20,965 nucleotides of DNA from Tubiluchus corallicola (lineage: Eukaryota > Animalia > Priapulida). This document shows positions 1 to 10,061 of this stretch, piece by piece. The stretch is taken from assembly GCA_030141605.1 (NCBI GenBank), contig JAQGDQ010001926.1, positions 1 through 20,965 on the forward strand, in the 5' to 3' direction. The number at the start of each line of letters is the position of its first letter. Within the stretch, counting starts at the first letter, position 1. The translations under genes and the position numbers were made by a program. The notes beneath the pieces were generated by a model. It was not told the origin of the DNA, made no database searches, and saw nothing but the letters and a program-made list of their open reading frames with translations.

Positions 1-830
1 TGATTATGTGTGTCCGGATAAGAAAGCAAGAATAAGAAAGAAAAAACGAAGAAAAAAGAACGAAAGAAGGAATGAGGTGAAAGAGGAAGAAAGAAAGGGA
101 AAGGGAAAGGGCGGAAGGAAAGAGAAAAATAATTGATCCTGTGTAACTGAAAGAAGAAAGATAATATGAAAGAAAGAAATAACAAAGAACAAAGAACGAA
201 AGAAGGAATGAGGTGAAAGAGGAAGAAAGAAAGGGAAAGGGCCGAAGAAAAAAGAAAAATAATTGATCGTAAATAAGCGAATGAGGAAGCAAGAAGTAAG
301 AAAGAGAGAAAAACAGTAGGAAGAAAGAAAGGAAAAAGAACGAAATAACGAAGTAGGTGAAAAAGGAAAAAAGAAAGGGAAAGGGCAGAAGGAAAAAGAA
401 AAATAATTGATTGTAAGTAACCGAATAAGGAAGCAAGAATAAGAAAGAGAGAAAGATAGTAGGAAGAAAGAAAGAAAAAAGAAGGAAGGAGGTGAAAGAA
501 GAAGAAAGAAAGGGAAAGCGAGAAAGGAAAAACAAAAATAATTGATTGTATGTAACCGGAAAAGAAGCAAAAAGTAAGAAAGAGAGAAAGCTAGTGGGAA
601 AGAAAGAAAGAACAAAGAAAAAAGAAAGAAAGAGGTGAAAGAAGAAGAAAGAAAGGGAAAGGGCGGAAGGAAAAAGAAAAATAATTGATTGTGTAGCAAG
701 AAGCAAGAAGTAAGAAAGAGAGAAAGATAGTAGAAAAGAAAGAAATAACAAATAAAAAAGAACGAAAGAAGGAAGGAGGTGAAGAAGAAGAAGAAAGAAA
801 AGGAAAGGAAGCAAGGAAAAGAAAGTAAGT
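1..830. repeat. Degenerate purine-rich tandem repeat, ~130-144 bp unit, ~6 copies (intronic)
   Basis: Anchor motif AATAATTGAT recurs at ~131, 261, 405, 540 and 683, each preceded by GAAAGGGAAAG-like and GAGGTGAAA-like blocks; the + strand is almost entirely A/G. Confidence 0.85.
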
Positions 831-933
831 TAATTAAAAAACTTAAATCTTTGCTATCAAACATTTTTCTCAAATGTTAGGATAAATTCTAAAACATGGC
901 AATGGTATTTTCACTATTTTTGGTCTTCCTTAG

Positions 934-1032
934 GAGCGAGCCCAAATAGGGCTACTTCATTCGGACGGCGAGCCCTTCATGTGGCAGTTATGCAAGACGA
1001 CATGAGAATAATAGAATCCCTCATAGAGCATA
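934..1032 (+). CDS. Internal 99-bp exon encoding one ankyrin repeat (penultimate coding exon)
   Basis: Acceptor ttccttAG (932-933) and donor GTAAGT (1033). Phase-1/phase-1 exon of exactly 99 nt translating (G)ASPNRATSFGRRALHVAVMQDDMRIIESLIEH, which fits the ankyrin consensus GA.vn....G.TpLH.A...g...iv..Ll..; 99-bp symmetric exons are typical of ankyrin repeats. Confidence 0.88.
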
Positions 1033-1033
1033 G

Positions 1034-1315
1034 TAAGTACTGTACATGTGACCGGTTTAAATAACGTAACGATGACGTCATAACAGGTCAATTAAACAAA
1101 CATAAGTACTGTACATGTGACCGGTTTAAATAACGTAACGATGACGTCATAACAGGTCAATTAAACAAACATAAGTACTGTACATGTGACCGGTTTAAAT
1201 AACGTAACGATGACGTCATAACAGGTCAATTAAACAAACATAAGTACTGTGCATGTGACCGGTTTAAATAACGTAACGATGACGTCATAACAGGTCAATT
1301 AAACAAACATAAGTA
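1034..1315. repeat. 69-bp tandem repeat, 4 near-identical copies, starting at the intron 5' splice site
   Basis: TAAGTACTGT starts at 1034, 1103, 1172 and 1241, with a partial unit at 1310; one visible substitution in copy 4. Confidence 0.97.
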
Positions 1316-1961
1316 AGGAAGGTATGCAATGCATCGGTTAATTCCTGTTCATTTATTGGTTCACTATTGCTGCACTTTTTTTCGAATTTCACTTTCTGCG
1401 CATGCGCACACCTTCGTTTTTATCTAATTCAAACTTGCACGAAAAATGACTGTGATGTGCGGTGGTTGGTCAAATAAAAGTTTGCTGTGTGCCATAACAA
1501 ACTCACCAAATTTAAAGCACATTGTTCACAAACGGTCTGTCCATTGTTTTAACTAATAAACCTTTTCACAGTTTCGTTGTACACATGCGCAGTTGCTGTA
1601 CTGTAGGTCAAAGGTTAAGTGTACCACAGCAACGCATCTTAACTACAACAGTAACGTGACATGTGCGTAAATCAAAGCAATCTGCCACATCAGTTCAGTA
1701 GCTTCAGATATTTTTACATGGTCTTTACTTAATTATGCATTAGTCTCTGTGGGATCTTGCTTGGAAACAAGAAAAATGAACTAGGTAAGGTTCTACTTAG
1801 CTGTTAAAACTGTTAACATTACGGTAGCTTGGGCTGCGAGGCGTTGTCAAGTGTACACAAATGGTAGCCTTTGAGCTTTTTACGATCACCATCAATCACT
1901 GGAACCGTGTAAAAGCTTATTGATTTGCTTCAGAACTGTGATGACTCCATGTTTTTTTCAG

Positions 1962-2080
1962 GAGCTCGACTCGGTGTAAAAGACGAATTTGACATGACGG
2001 CTTTGGATTTAGCCAAACAGTTTGGTAATAAAGAAGCGGCAAGTTTACTTAACTCGATGGCTTGGAAGAGAAAAAAATAG
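1962..2080 (+). CDS. Terminal coding exon of the ankyrin-repeat protein
   Basis: Acceptor gtttttttcAG (1960-1961), phase compatible with exon 934-1032 (A+GA=Arg). Translates (R)ARLGVKDEFDMTALDLAKQFGNKEAASLLNSMAWKRKK*, with an ankyrin kD..g.TaLdlA...g motif; stop TAG at 2078-2080. Confidence 0.88.
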
Positions 2081-2125
2081 AAACTGAAATATCTTAGCTA
2101 TCGGAGCAAAGTGAGCAACGTGTTA

Positions 2126-2162
2126 AATAAAATGTGTATTTAATTACAGAGATTTTAATAAA
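2126..2162 (+). promoter_or_regulatory. Candidate polyadenylation signals of the ankyrin gene
   Basis: AATAAA at 2126-2131 and 2157-2162, 45-80 nt after the stop codon; T/GT-rich tract downstream (~2220-2240). Confidence 0.5.
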
Positions 2163-2467
2163 AAGTAATTAAAAACTTACGTCGTCTTGCTAACTGAACA
2201 ATTTTGATAGCAAGGCCTTCTTGGTTATTTTGTTTTTTTACGCAGAAGTTTTTAACCTCACAAACTAACACGAATTAGGAAGCCTAACAAATTAATTCGA
2301 ATTTAATTTCTGGCAGTGTATGTTCACGCCTAAACACCCGGAGGTCCCAAAAATTCTTCACTAATTTGTTTTACTGCGTTAGGCCTACCATTGCAAATTG
2401 TGGTGTTGAATCAAAACTTAGTACAAAACGAAAATTACGGTCAGCTCTTCTGCTTTTTAGCAGATAC

Positions 2468-3228
2468 TGACTGTTATTTTCATTTTAAGAAATCGTTTCC
2501 TTGCTTAAGTGGGTGCTGGTTGTTATTTTCTTTTTAAGAATTTGTTCCTCCGCTTAAGTGGGTGCTGGCTCTTATTTTCATTTTAAGTTATTGTTTCCTT
2601 CGTCAAGTGGATACTGGATGTCATTTTCTTTTTTTAGAAATCGTTTCTTTGCTTAAGTGGGCACTGGCTGTTATTTTCATTTTAAGAATTTGTTTCTTTA
2701 CTTAAGTGAGTGTGACTGTTATTTTCATTTTAAGAACTTGTTTCTTTACTTAAGTGGGTGTGGCTGTTATTTTCACTTTAAGAAATCGTTTCTTTGCTTA
2801 AGTGAGTGTGATTGTTATTTTCATTTTAAGAATTTGTTTCTTTACTTAAGTGGGTGTGGCTGTTATTTTCATTTTAAGAATTTGTTTCTTTACTTAAGTG
2901 GGTGTGACTGTCATTTTCATTTTAAGAATTTGTTTCTTTACTTAAGTGAGTGTGACTGTCATTTTCATTTTAAGAACTTGTTTCTTTGCTTAAGTGGGTG
3001 CTGGCTGTTATTTTCACTTTAAGAATTTGTTTCTTTGCCTAAGTGGGTGCTGGCTGTTATTTTCATGTTAAGAATTCGTTTCTTTGCTTAAGTGGGTGCT
3101 GGATGTTATTTTCATGTTAAGAATTCGTTTCTTTGCTTAAGTAAACGCTGGCTGTTGTTTTCATTCTAAGAATTTGTTCCTCCGCTTAAATGGGCGTGGC
3201 TGTTATCTTCATTTTAAGAATTCGTTTT
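2468..3228. repeat. 48/49-bp minisatellite, ~15-16 copies
   Basis: Unit approx. CTGTTATTTTCATTTTAAGAATTTGTTTCTTTACTTAAGTGGGTGTGG; the 16-aa periodicity of ORF 2657-3022 confirms 48 bp; edge copies are more diverged. Confidence 0.95.
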
Positions 3229-4165
3229 CCCCATCATCAATTAGTAGAAAATAATTTGCATTAAACACTGCAGTCCTTACCTTTTGTTCGAATTCTTAAA
3301 ATTTTGATTCAATCTGAATCTTGACCGAGATTGTTGCGAACGAATTCGCAAGTAGAACTATGTAAAGCGTAAGTCGGAAGGATAAAGAAGAGAGTAGGTT
3401 AAACAAGAAAGAACAATGGCATAAACACGTTTTTGTAGATCGGATGGTGAATAGATCACGACAAATCTTAGTTCAATTCTAATAGGAGATGTAATTCTAC
3501 TTAAGGGTTCCTGGTTCAAATCCAAGCATAGAGTGACCTTTTCATTCACAATTTTGTCCACAATTTTACAGATGCCGTGTTCATTCTATCGTTAACAGAC
3601 AATGTTGCAATTAAAAATATAAAAATTAACAAAGCCTAGTTTTTATAACTAGGTTTCATTATTAACAGTACAAGTGTAGCTTAGATTGTTAAAGGAAAAC
3701 AGGATAATTTTTCATATTTCACCCCATTTGAAACACGACAAAAAGTATACATTTTAAATGCCAAAATATTTCTAATAATTAAATAGTCGGTTAAAGACTC
3801 AGTTAATGGCAGGCGAGCACAGTTAGTGATGGCATCACAACTGAACATGATTTTCAGAAGCACAAACATTCCGTGAGAGTATTGCACGCGTTTGCAAAGG
3901 GAATATTGAAGAACATTGCTGCTGTACAACATTCAGTGTGACATACAAAAACTCAAATTCAAATTTCAAGTTTACCGCCGTGCTCACGTATGAGCTGTCG
4001 AACGTGTGCGCTACATCACAACTGAACACCTCTGAACTGAGTGGAAAGCACCCATTTTTTGTGCAACGTGTTTCCGAGATGCAGGCGCTAGTGTCCATCT
4101 AACTACCAAATAGCTTAATAGCTTTACATCGAAGAACTGGTCGTACGAACGCAATGTTAGGTTAG

Positions 4166-4508
<343 letters not shown>

Positions 4509-4859
4509 TTTTCACGTAAATAATTCTTGATTCAATAATAAGTTCTGTTTCAATATTTCATAGGGCAGTTTGTTTTGAAGCTATAGTTTAAGATTGAATT
4601 CGGTTTTCCTCGTAGCTTAATCCAAGATTGTTTACTGCGGTGTACCGTACATGTTTTTGTGCCAAATTTAGCCGCTAGAGCGCGCCACATTACCACCAAG
4701 ACTGCACCTTGCAGCCAGTTGATTGTTTGCAATCTAGCAAAGGCCCCGCAAAAAATTTTGCGTATAAAAACACTAATAATCAATAATGCGCGAACGTCCT
4801 ACCTAGTGTTCGTTTACTTACCTAACGCAAAGCCTCAGCAGCAGCTTTTACCGAATTAA

Positions 4860-5490
4860 AGTTATAGGCAGAGTATATGGGTGACGTCAGAATGGCTTTT
4901 GCTTCAGCAGTTTTCCCAGCGAAAATTTCCGAAAATAGAACATCTAATTAACTCGTCGATACTCCTTTTGGTGGACCTGTCCTAACATATAGCTTACATA
5001 TTCGTATAGCCCTGTTCTTCCTTTTTCTAAAAAGTCGTATATCTCCTTCCGAGAGTCCCACCAGGCGCCGCTAGAACGTTTTTTCTGCAGGCTGTTTGAC
5101 CAAAATTTCGAAAAATTTGGTCAAATTGGGTCCGGGAAAAGGCCCGTTACGGGACGCCGTGGCCCTCTCGCGAATTCTAAATATGCCTACTACACCCACC
5201 GCTGAACGGGCTATCGATCCATGGCCAGCACCACCCATGGCCCGTTCCCGTTCTCCAGATCTCAGACGTATAACTTTTACAAAAAACGGCCGAAAAATGG
5301 CCATTTTTTGGAGGTTTTTCGTCCCCCCCGTTCGTCCCGGTGGGCCAGATTCCAAAAATAAACCCCCAATGGCAAGACACTAGATCGAGACCTTTCGTTT
5401 GATGTATAGATCGCCACAAATGGTACCGTCGGTGATTGGTGTTGATTGTTTGAGTTTGAGAGACGAGCATGAATAGAACGTCGAGACTCA
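4860..5490. other. GC/CpG-enriched island with several hairpins; possibly an unclassified interspersed repeat
   Basis: Visibly higher GC and CpG than the flanks; perfect 10-bp stem TTTGACCAAA/TTTGGTCAAA (5095-5125); CCATGGCC twice. No ends identified and ORFs unrecognisable. Confidence 0.3.
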
Positions 5491-5643
5491 AGAGTGATTT
5501 ATCTTTGACACAGATCTTTCATGGAACGCCAAGCTTTTCTAGGTTGATATATGAATAGATGCGTTCCGACGTTGTTAGATTTGCCTAAATTTTCTGTGGT
5601 AAAAGAGCTATGCATTCTTTGTATGGACGCAGAAACTGTAATG

Positions 5644-6026
5644 GCGCGTTCAAACTAGCGAGCTTTTTCCCTGACAGCAAACTTTTAAGTGTGAACTGCT
5701 TTGCGAGTTATTGCCAGCAAGTTATTGCAAACCCTCCGATAGTTATTGCGAGGTGAGTTACTGTCCGGTGTGAACGCCTCAGCGAGTTACTCTTCCACTA
5801 CTCGTAGTGAATAGATAAGTTAGTGTCAGTTTGGGATTACTGTCGGAGAGTAACTCGCAGCACGTTTTGCTCTGTAGTCTGAACACGCTTACGAGTTATT
5901 GTCCGGTGTGAACACCTTGGCGAGTTACTCTCGACACTTCTCGAGGTGAATAGAGAAGTGAGTGTCACCTCGGCTTACTGTCGGAGAGTAACTCGCGGCA
6001 AGTTGCACTCTCTAGTCTGAACACGC
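5644..6026. mobile_element. MITE-like element with imperfect TIRs and a 138-bp internal tandem duplication
   Basis: Left GCGCGTTCAAACTAG (5644-5658) versus the reverse complement of the right end GCGTGTTCAGACTAG (6012-6026), 13/15 match. Units 5755-5892 and 5893-6030 each contain the inverted pair GCGAGTTACTCT/AGAGTAACTCGC. Confidence 0.55.
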
Positions 6027-6147
6027 GTGCGAGTTACTTGGCGATTTTACTTGGCTCCAGAAAGAAGCTGGTCCTATAATTTTTTTAGACCTATAATTAA
6101 TAATCAAGTTAATGCAATTAATCTTTAAATGTTGCGGTGATACTTCT

Positions 6148-6812
6148 TGGAAAAAATGAAATTATCTCGATAGTTGACTGGCTACTAAAGCTGACGTAGC
6201 ACGCAGAAAAATATGACGTAGCACGCAGAAAAATATGGCTGCATGTTGCAAGCTCACAAACATCTTTGAAAATCCGAATCTCAGCACAGAAACTAAACTA
6301 CATATTTTGTCATCACTTGTAGAACCTGTATTCTTGTATAATTCGGTATTGTGGACAGTCAAAATTGCCCAGGTCCCAGGAAAATGTCCGTATGCCATAG
6401 AGAGACGCTTGGTGTAAAATGACCAAAGGAAATCTCTAATCTGGATCTATATAATTTAACAAACAGGAATGAATGGAGTGCGGTTATGCAGAACCTTTGG
6501 TTTAGAAACATTGGACATGTCATTAGATTACCACAGGATTCTCCACTTACTACTGCATTACATCAAAACTAATATCTGGGAGCAAACCAAGAGGAGGACA
6601 TCAGGATTGGACATGTCATCAGATTACCACAGGACTCACAACCAAGAGCAGCACAGTAAATCACGTATTTGGATGTTCTCAAGAAAGACTGATTAAATAC
6701 TCCACTTGACTTAGAATGAATTGGACTTGTCATTAGATTACCACAAATATTCCCCACTTACTACAGCGTTACATCAAGTACTAATACCTGGGAAGGAACC
6801 AAGAGGAGGACA
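6148..6812 (+). mobile_element. Decayed RTE-type LINE, region C-terminal to the reverse transcriptase
   Basis: Reads WKK*NYLDS*LATKADVARRK / LTNIFENPNLSTETKLHILSSLVEPVFLYNSVLWTVK / LGVK*PKEISNLDLYNLT / GHVIRLPQDSP. This matches the RTE order kYLGS..Di.rR, ls..tK..ly...V..vlLY.sE.W, W...isN.ely, wfGHv.R; stops, frameshifts and local duplications are present. Confidence 0.8.
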
Positions 6813-6989
6813 TCTGATCATGTTCTATACAATTACAGTTATTACTACAAGTATAATGTCTAATTTAATCTCTTCTCTCCCACTTAAATTTGGGTACATA
6901 TATGTGTATATGTACATCATTGTATATACAAGTAAGCAATATGGTGCATTGTAATACAAGTCAGTGGTGTATTGAGTATCACATAATAT

Positions 6990-7477
6990 CACATATCAGA
7001 TAATCACATAATTCAAATTCGTAACTATTTAAAATTTTTCACACTCTAAGGCTCACTCAAAGTCGTAATTACATATTATGTTTTCCTTTCTCTACTTTCA
7101 GTTTTTTGCTCATATATCATTGCTATTATTACATCATTTACTTCATCCTTATTTACATTAAGTTATCTACAGAAGCATGCATAATTATAATCATTTTTTC
7201 ATTTAAGTAAGGTGAGTGTGTTAATGACCGTATGGTCGTACACTCACCTCGCACTACTCAAATTATTACATCATTTACTTCATCCTTATTTACATTAAGT
7301 TATCTACAGAAGCATGCATAATTATAATCATTTTTTCATCTAAGTAAGGTGAGTGTGTTAATGACCGTATGGTCGTACACTCACATCGCACTACTTAAAT
7401 TATTTTATTTAAAGTTTATTAATGCGTTTGATATTGTATTTTTTGATGTGTGAAATAAAATTCATAGTTCATAGTTC
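6990..7477 (+). mobile_element. Probable LINE (CR1/L2-like) 3' end with duplicated stem-loop
   Basis: Stem-loop AGGTGAGTGT...ACACTCACCT (7210-7249), AATAAA at 7454-7459, then a (TTCATAG)2.4 tail; 5' boundary uncertain. Confidence 0.5.
7125..7403. repeat. 137-bp tandem duplication, 2 near-identical copies
   Basis: ATTATTACATCATTTAC starts at 7125 and 7262; only about 3 differences visible. Confidence 0.95.
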
Positions 7478-7819
7478 CTTATTGGACTATGTTTATTTTT
7501 CTGGTTGCCCAATGGTGTATTAGTCTGGAATCATGTAAATAATGATATACAAACTTACTTACTAACTAACTAACTATATAATAATAGAGTTTAGAACTGA
7601 TAAAAACGTGGCAGGCATGATCTTAGTCTATTTAAAAAACTTGTACTAGTAATTACTAGGCGGAAATTAAACAATTACAAATTGTGCGAGAATTATGTCT
7701 CAAAAAACAAAATTACTGTACATTACGCGTGTACATATCAAAAATTTAGGTAAAATAATTAAAACTTTTAAATACAAAATTTTTGAGCATTGAGAGGTCC
7801 ACAACTCTGAATTAAATAT

Positions 7820-8485
7820 ATTTTAAAATTAGTTAGCAAGTTTTGCCTTTAATTCGATGTCTTCAAAAGAATACAAAGTAATTAGTCTGAATTTTGAGCT
7901 TGAATTATCCAGAATTTTCTTTTCAGCTAACCTGAGCCTTTTGCGAATTTTTCAAAATTACTTTAAAATTAGCTGCTAAATAGATTTTAAAATTAGGTTA
8001 GCAAGTTTTGCCTTTAATTCGATGTCTTCAAAAGAATACAAAGTAATTATTCTGAATTTTGAGCGTGAATTATTAAGAATTTTGTGTTCTGCTAACCTGA
8101 ACTTTTTGGGAATTTTGAAAATTACTTTAAAATTAGCTGTTAAAAGATTTTAAAATTAGGTTAGCAAGTTTTGCCTTGAATTCGATGTCTTCAAAAGATT
8201 GCAAAGTAATTATTCTGAATTTTGAGCTTGAATTATTAAGAATTTTCTTCTCTGCTCTCCTGAGACTTGTGCAATTTTTTTCAAAAGTATGTCAACATTT
8301 GCTGTTAAATGGATTTTAAAATTAGGTAGCAAATTTTGCCTTTAATACGATGTCTTCAAAAGAAAGAAAGTAATTATTCTGAATTTTGAGCGTGAATTAT
8401 TAAGAATTTTGTGTTCTGCTAACCTGAGCCTTCTGCTCAGTTTTTCAAAATTACTTCACTGTTAAACAGATTTTAAAAATAGGTT
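7820..8485. repeat. AT-rich satellite-like array, ~164-bp unit, ~4 copies
   Basis: GCAA(G/A)TTTTGCC anchors at 7836, 8001, 8164 and 8329 (spacings 165, 163, 165). Confidence 0.93.
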
Positions 8486-8567
8486 CTCTTGCTCTTTATA
8501 TAAATAAAAAAAAATACACTAACCCTGCAACGCAGTCCCTAATCATCGACGTTGCAACATCTTTCCG

Positions 8568-8581
8568 GTTTCCATGACAAC
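8568..8581. promoter_or_regulatory. RFX X-box-like motif
   Basis: GTTTCCATGACAAC fits the 14-bp X-box consensus (GTTNCCATGGNAAC-type); adjacent TTCCGG (ETS-like) in a CpG-containing unique patch. Confidence 0.35.
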
Positions 8582-8976
8582 CACTCGTCATTGCTTACCA
8601 TTACTGAGCAAATTTTTTTGCACAAGCACCTAAGACGCTGTGGCTGCATCTCCAACCAAAGAGAAAACCATTAGCAGACGATGTTTCAGAAAAAAGTTTC
8701 ACTGGGTCTCCAAGTTGCACGGATATCACTCATCACGCTGAGTGTGCGACTATTTTTAGTGCCGCCTAATAGCCCAGAATCCCTGAAAATAAACTAAGTA
8801 GCCGTCTATGTCCAACACGAGTAGCTAAATCATTATTGTTTGTAAACTAGTTTCTGCTTGTCGAGATCGAGCAGAGAGTACTTGATGTAGACGGGTGTAG
8901 CGAGACCGGAACGTTGCTTCAGAATGTAAGATCTGATACACCACAGTGTTTTCTTACGCGTCACGCGAATTACCAG

Positions 8977-10023
8977 GTCCAAGGGAATACTACTACCAGT
9001 CCAAGGGAATACTACAACTAGTCCAATGGAATAATAGTACTAGTCCAAGGGAATAATACTACTAGTCCAAGGGAATACTACTACTAGTCCAAGGGAATAC
9101 TACTACTAGTCCAAGGGAATACTACTACTAGTCCAAGGGAATACTACTACTAGTCCAAGGGAATACTACTACTAGTCCAAAGAAATAATAGTACTAGTCC
9201 AAGGGAATACTACTACTAGTCCAAGGGAATAATACTACTAGTCCAAGGGAATACTACTACTAGTCCAAGGGAATAATAGCACTAGTCCAAGGGAATACTA
9301 CTACTAGTCCAAGGGAAAAATACTACTAGTCCAAGGGAATAACACTACTAGTCCAAGGGAATAATAGTACTAGTCCAAGGGAATACTACTACTAGTCCAA
9401 GGGAAAAATACTACTAGTCCAAGGGAATAACACTACTAGACCAAGGGAATAATACTACTAGTCCAAGGGAATAATACTACTAGTCCAAAGGAAAACTACT
9501 ACTAGTCCATTGAATAACACTACTAGTCCAAGGGAATAATACTACTAGTCCAAGGGAATAATACTACTAGTCCAAAGGAATACTACTACTAGTCCAAGGG
9601 AATACTACTACTAGTCCAAGGGAATAATAGTACTAGTCCAAGGGAATACTACTACTAGTCCAAGGGAATAATACTACTAGTCCAAGGGAATAACACTACT
9701 AGTCCAAGGGAATAATACTACTAGTCCAAAGGAATACTACTACTAGTCCAAGGGAATACTACTACTAGTTCAAGGGAATAACACTACTAGTCCAAGGGAA
9801 TAATACTACTAGTCCAAGGGAATAATACTACTAGTCCAAAGGAATACTACTACTAGTCCAAGGGAATACTACTACTAGTCCAAGGGAATAATAGTACTAG
9901 TCCAAGGGAATACTACTACTAGTCCAAGGGAATAACACTACTAGTCCAAGGGAATAATACTACTAGTCCAAAGGAATACTACTACTAGTCCAAGGGAATA
10001 CTACTACTAGTTCAAATGAATAC
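8977..10023. repeat. 22-bp minisatellite, ~47 copies
   Basis: Unit GTCCAAGGGAATACTACTACTA, with variants -AATAC-, -AACAC-, -AATAG- and AAAGG. Confidence 0.98.
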
Positions 10024-10061
10024 AGTCTGGCCCGCGCGGAGTCTCGGCATAGGCTTTTTAG

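Noticed and set aside
4-873. 289-aa Phe/Leu/Ser-rich ORF resembling a membrane protein
   Set aside because: It is the antisense reading of a purine-rich repeat; pyrimidine-rich strands lack stop codons.
1034-1315. Palindrome-rich direct repeats as a CRISPR array (also considered for 8977-10023, 10482-11268 and 20046-20943)
   Set aside because: Units are head-to-tail with no unique spacers, there are no cas genes, and the context is eukaryotic with spliceosomal introns.
1744-1790. Possible extra cassette exon (tag|...ctag|gtaagg) in the ankyrin intron
   Set aside because: 41 nt would shift the frame and has no ankyrin similarity; the flanking exons join cleanly without it.
2657-3022. Cys/His-rich ORF resembling a zinc-finger or metallothionein protein
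   Set aside because: It is the translation of a 48-bp minisatellite; the frame breaks in the 49-bp edge units.
3281-3357. Minus-strand candidate exon with strong donor AAG|GTAAGG
   Set aside because: The open frame (FYLRIRSQQSRSRF...) is unrecognisable and no consistent gene model could be built.
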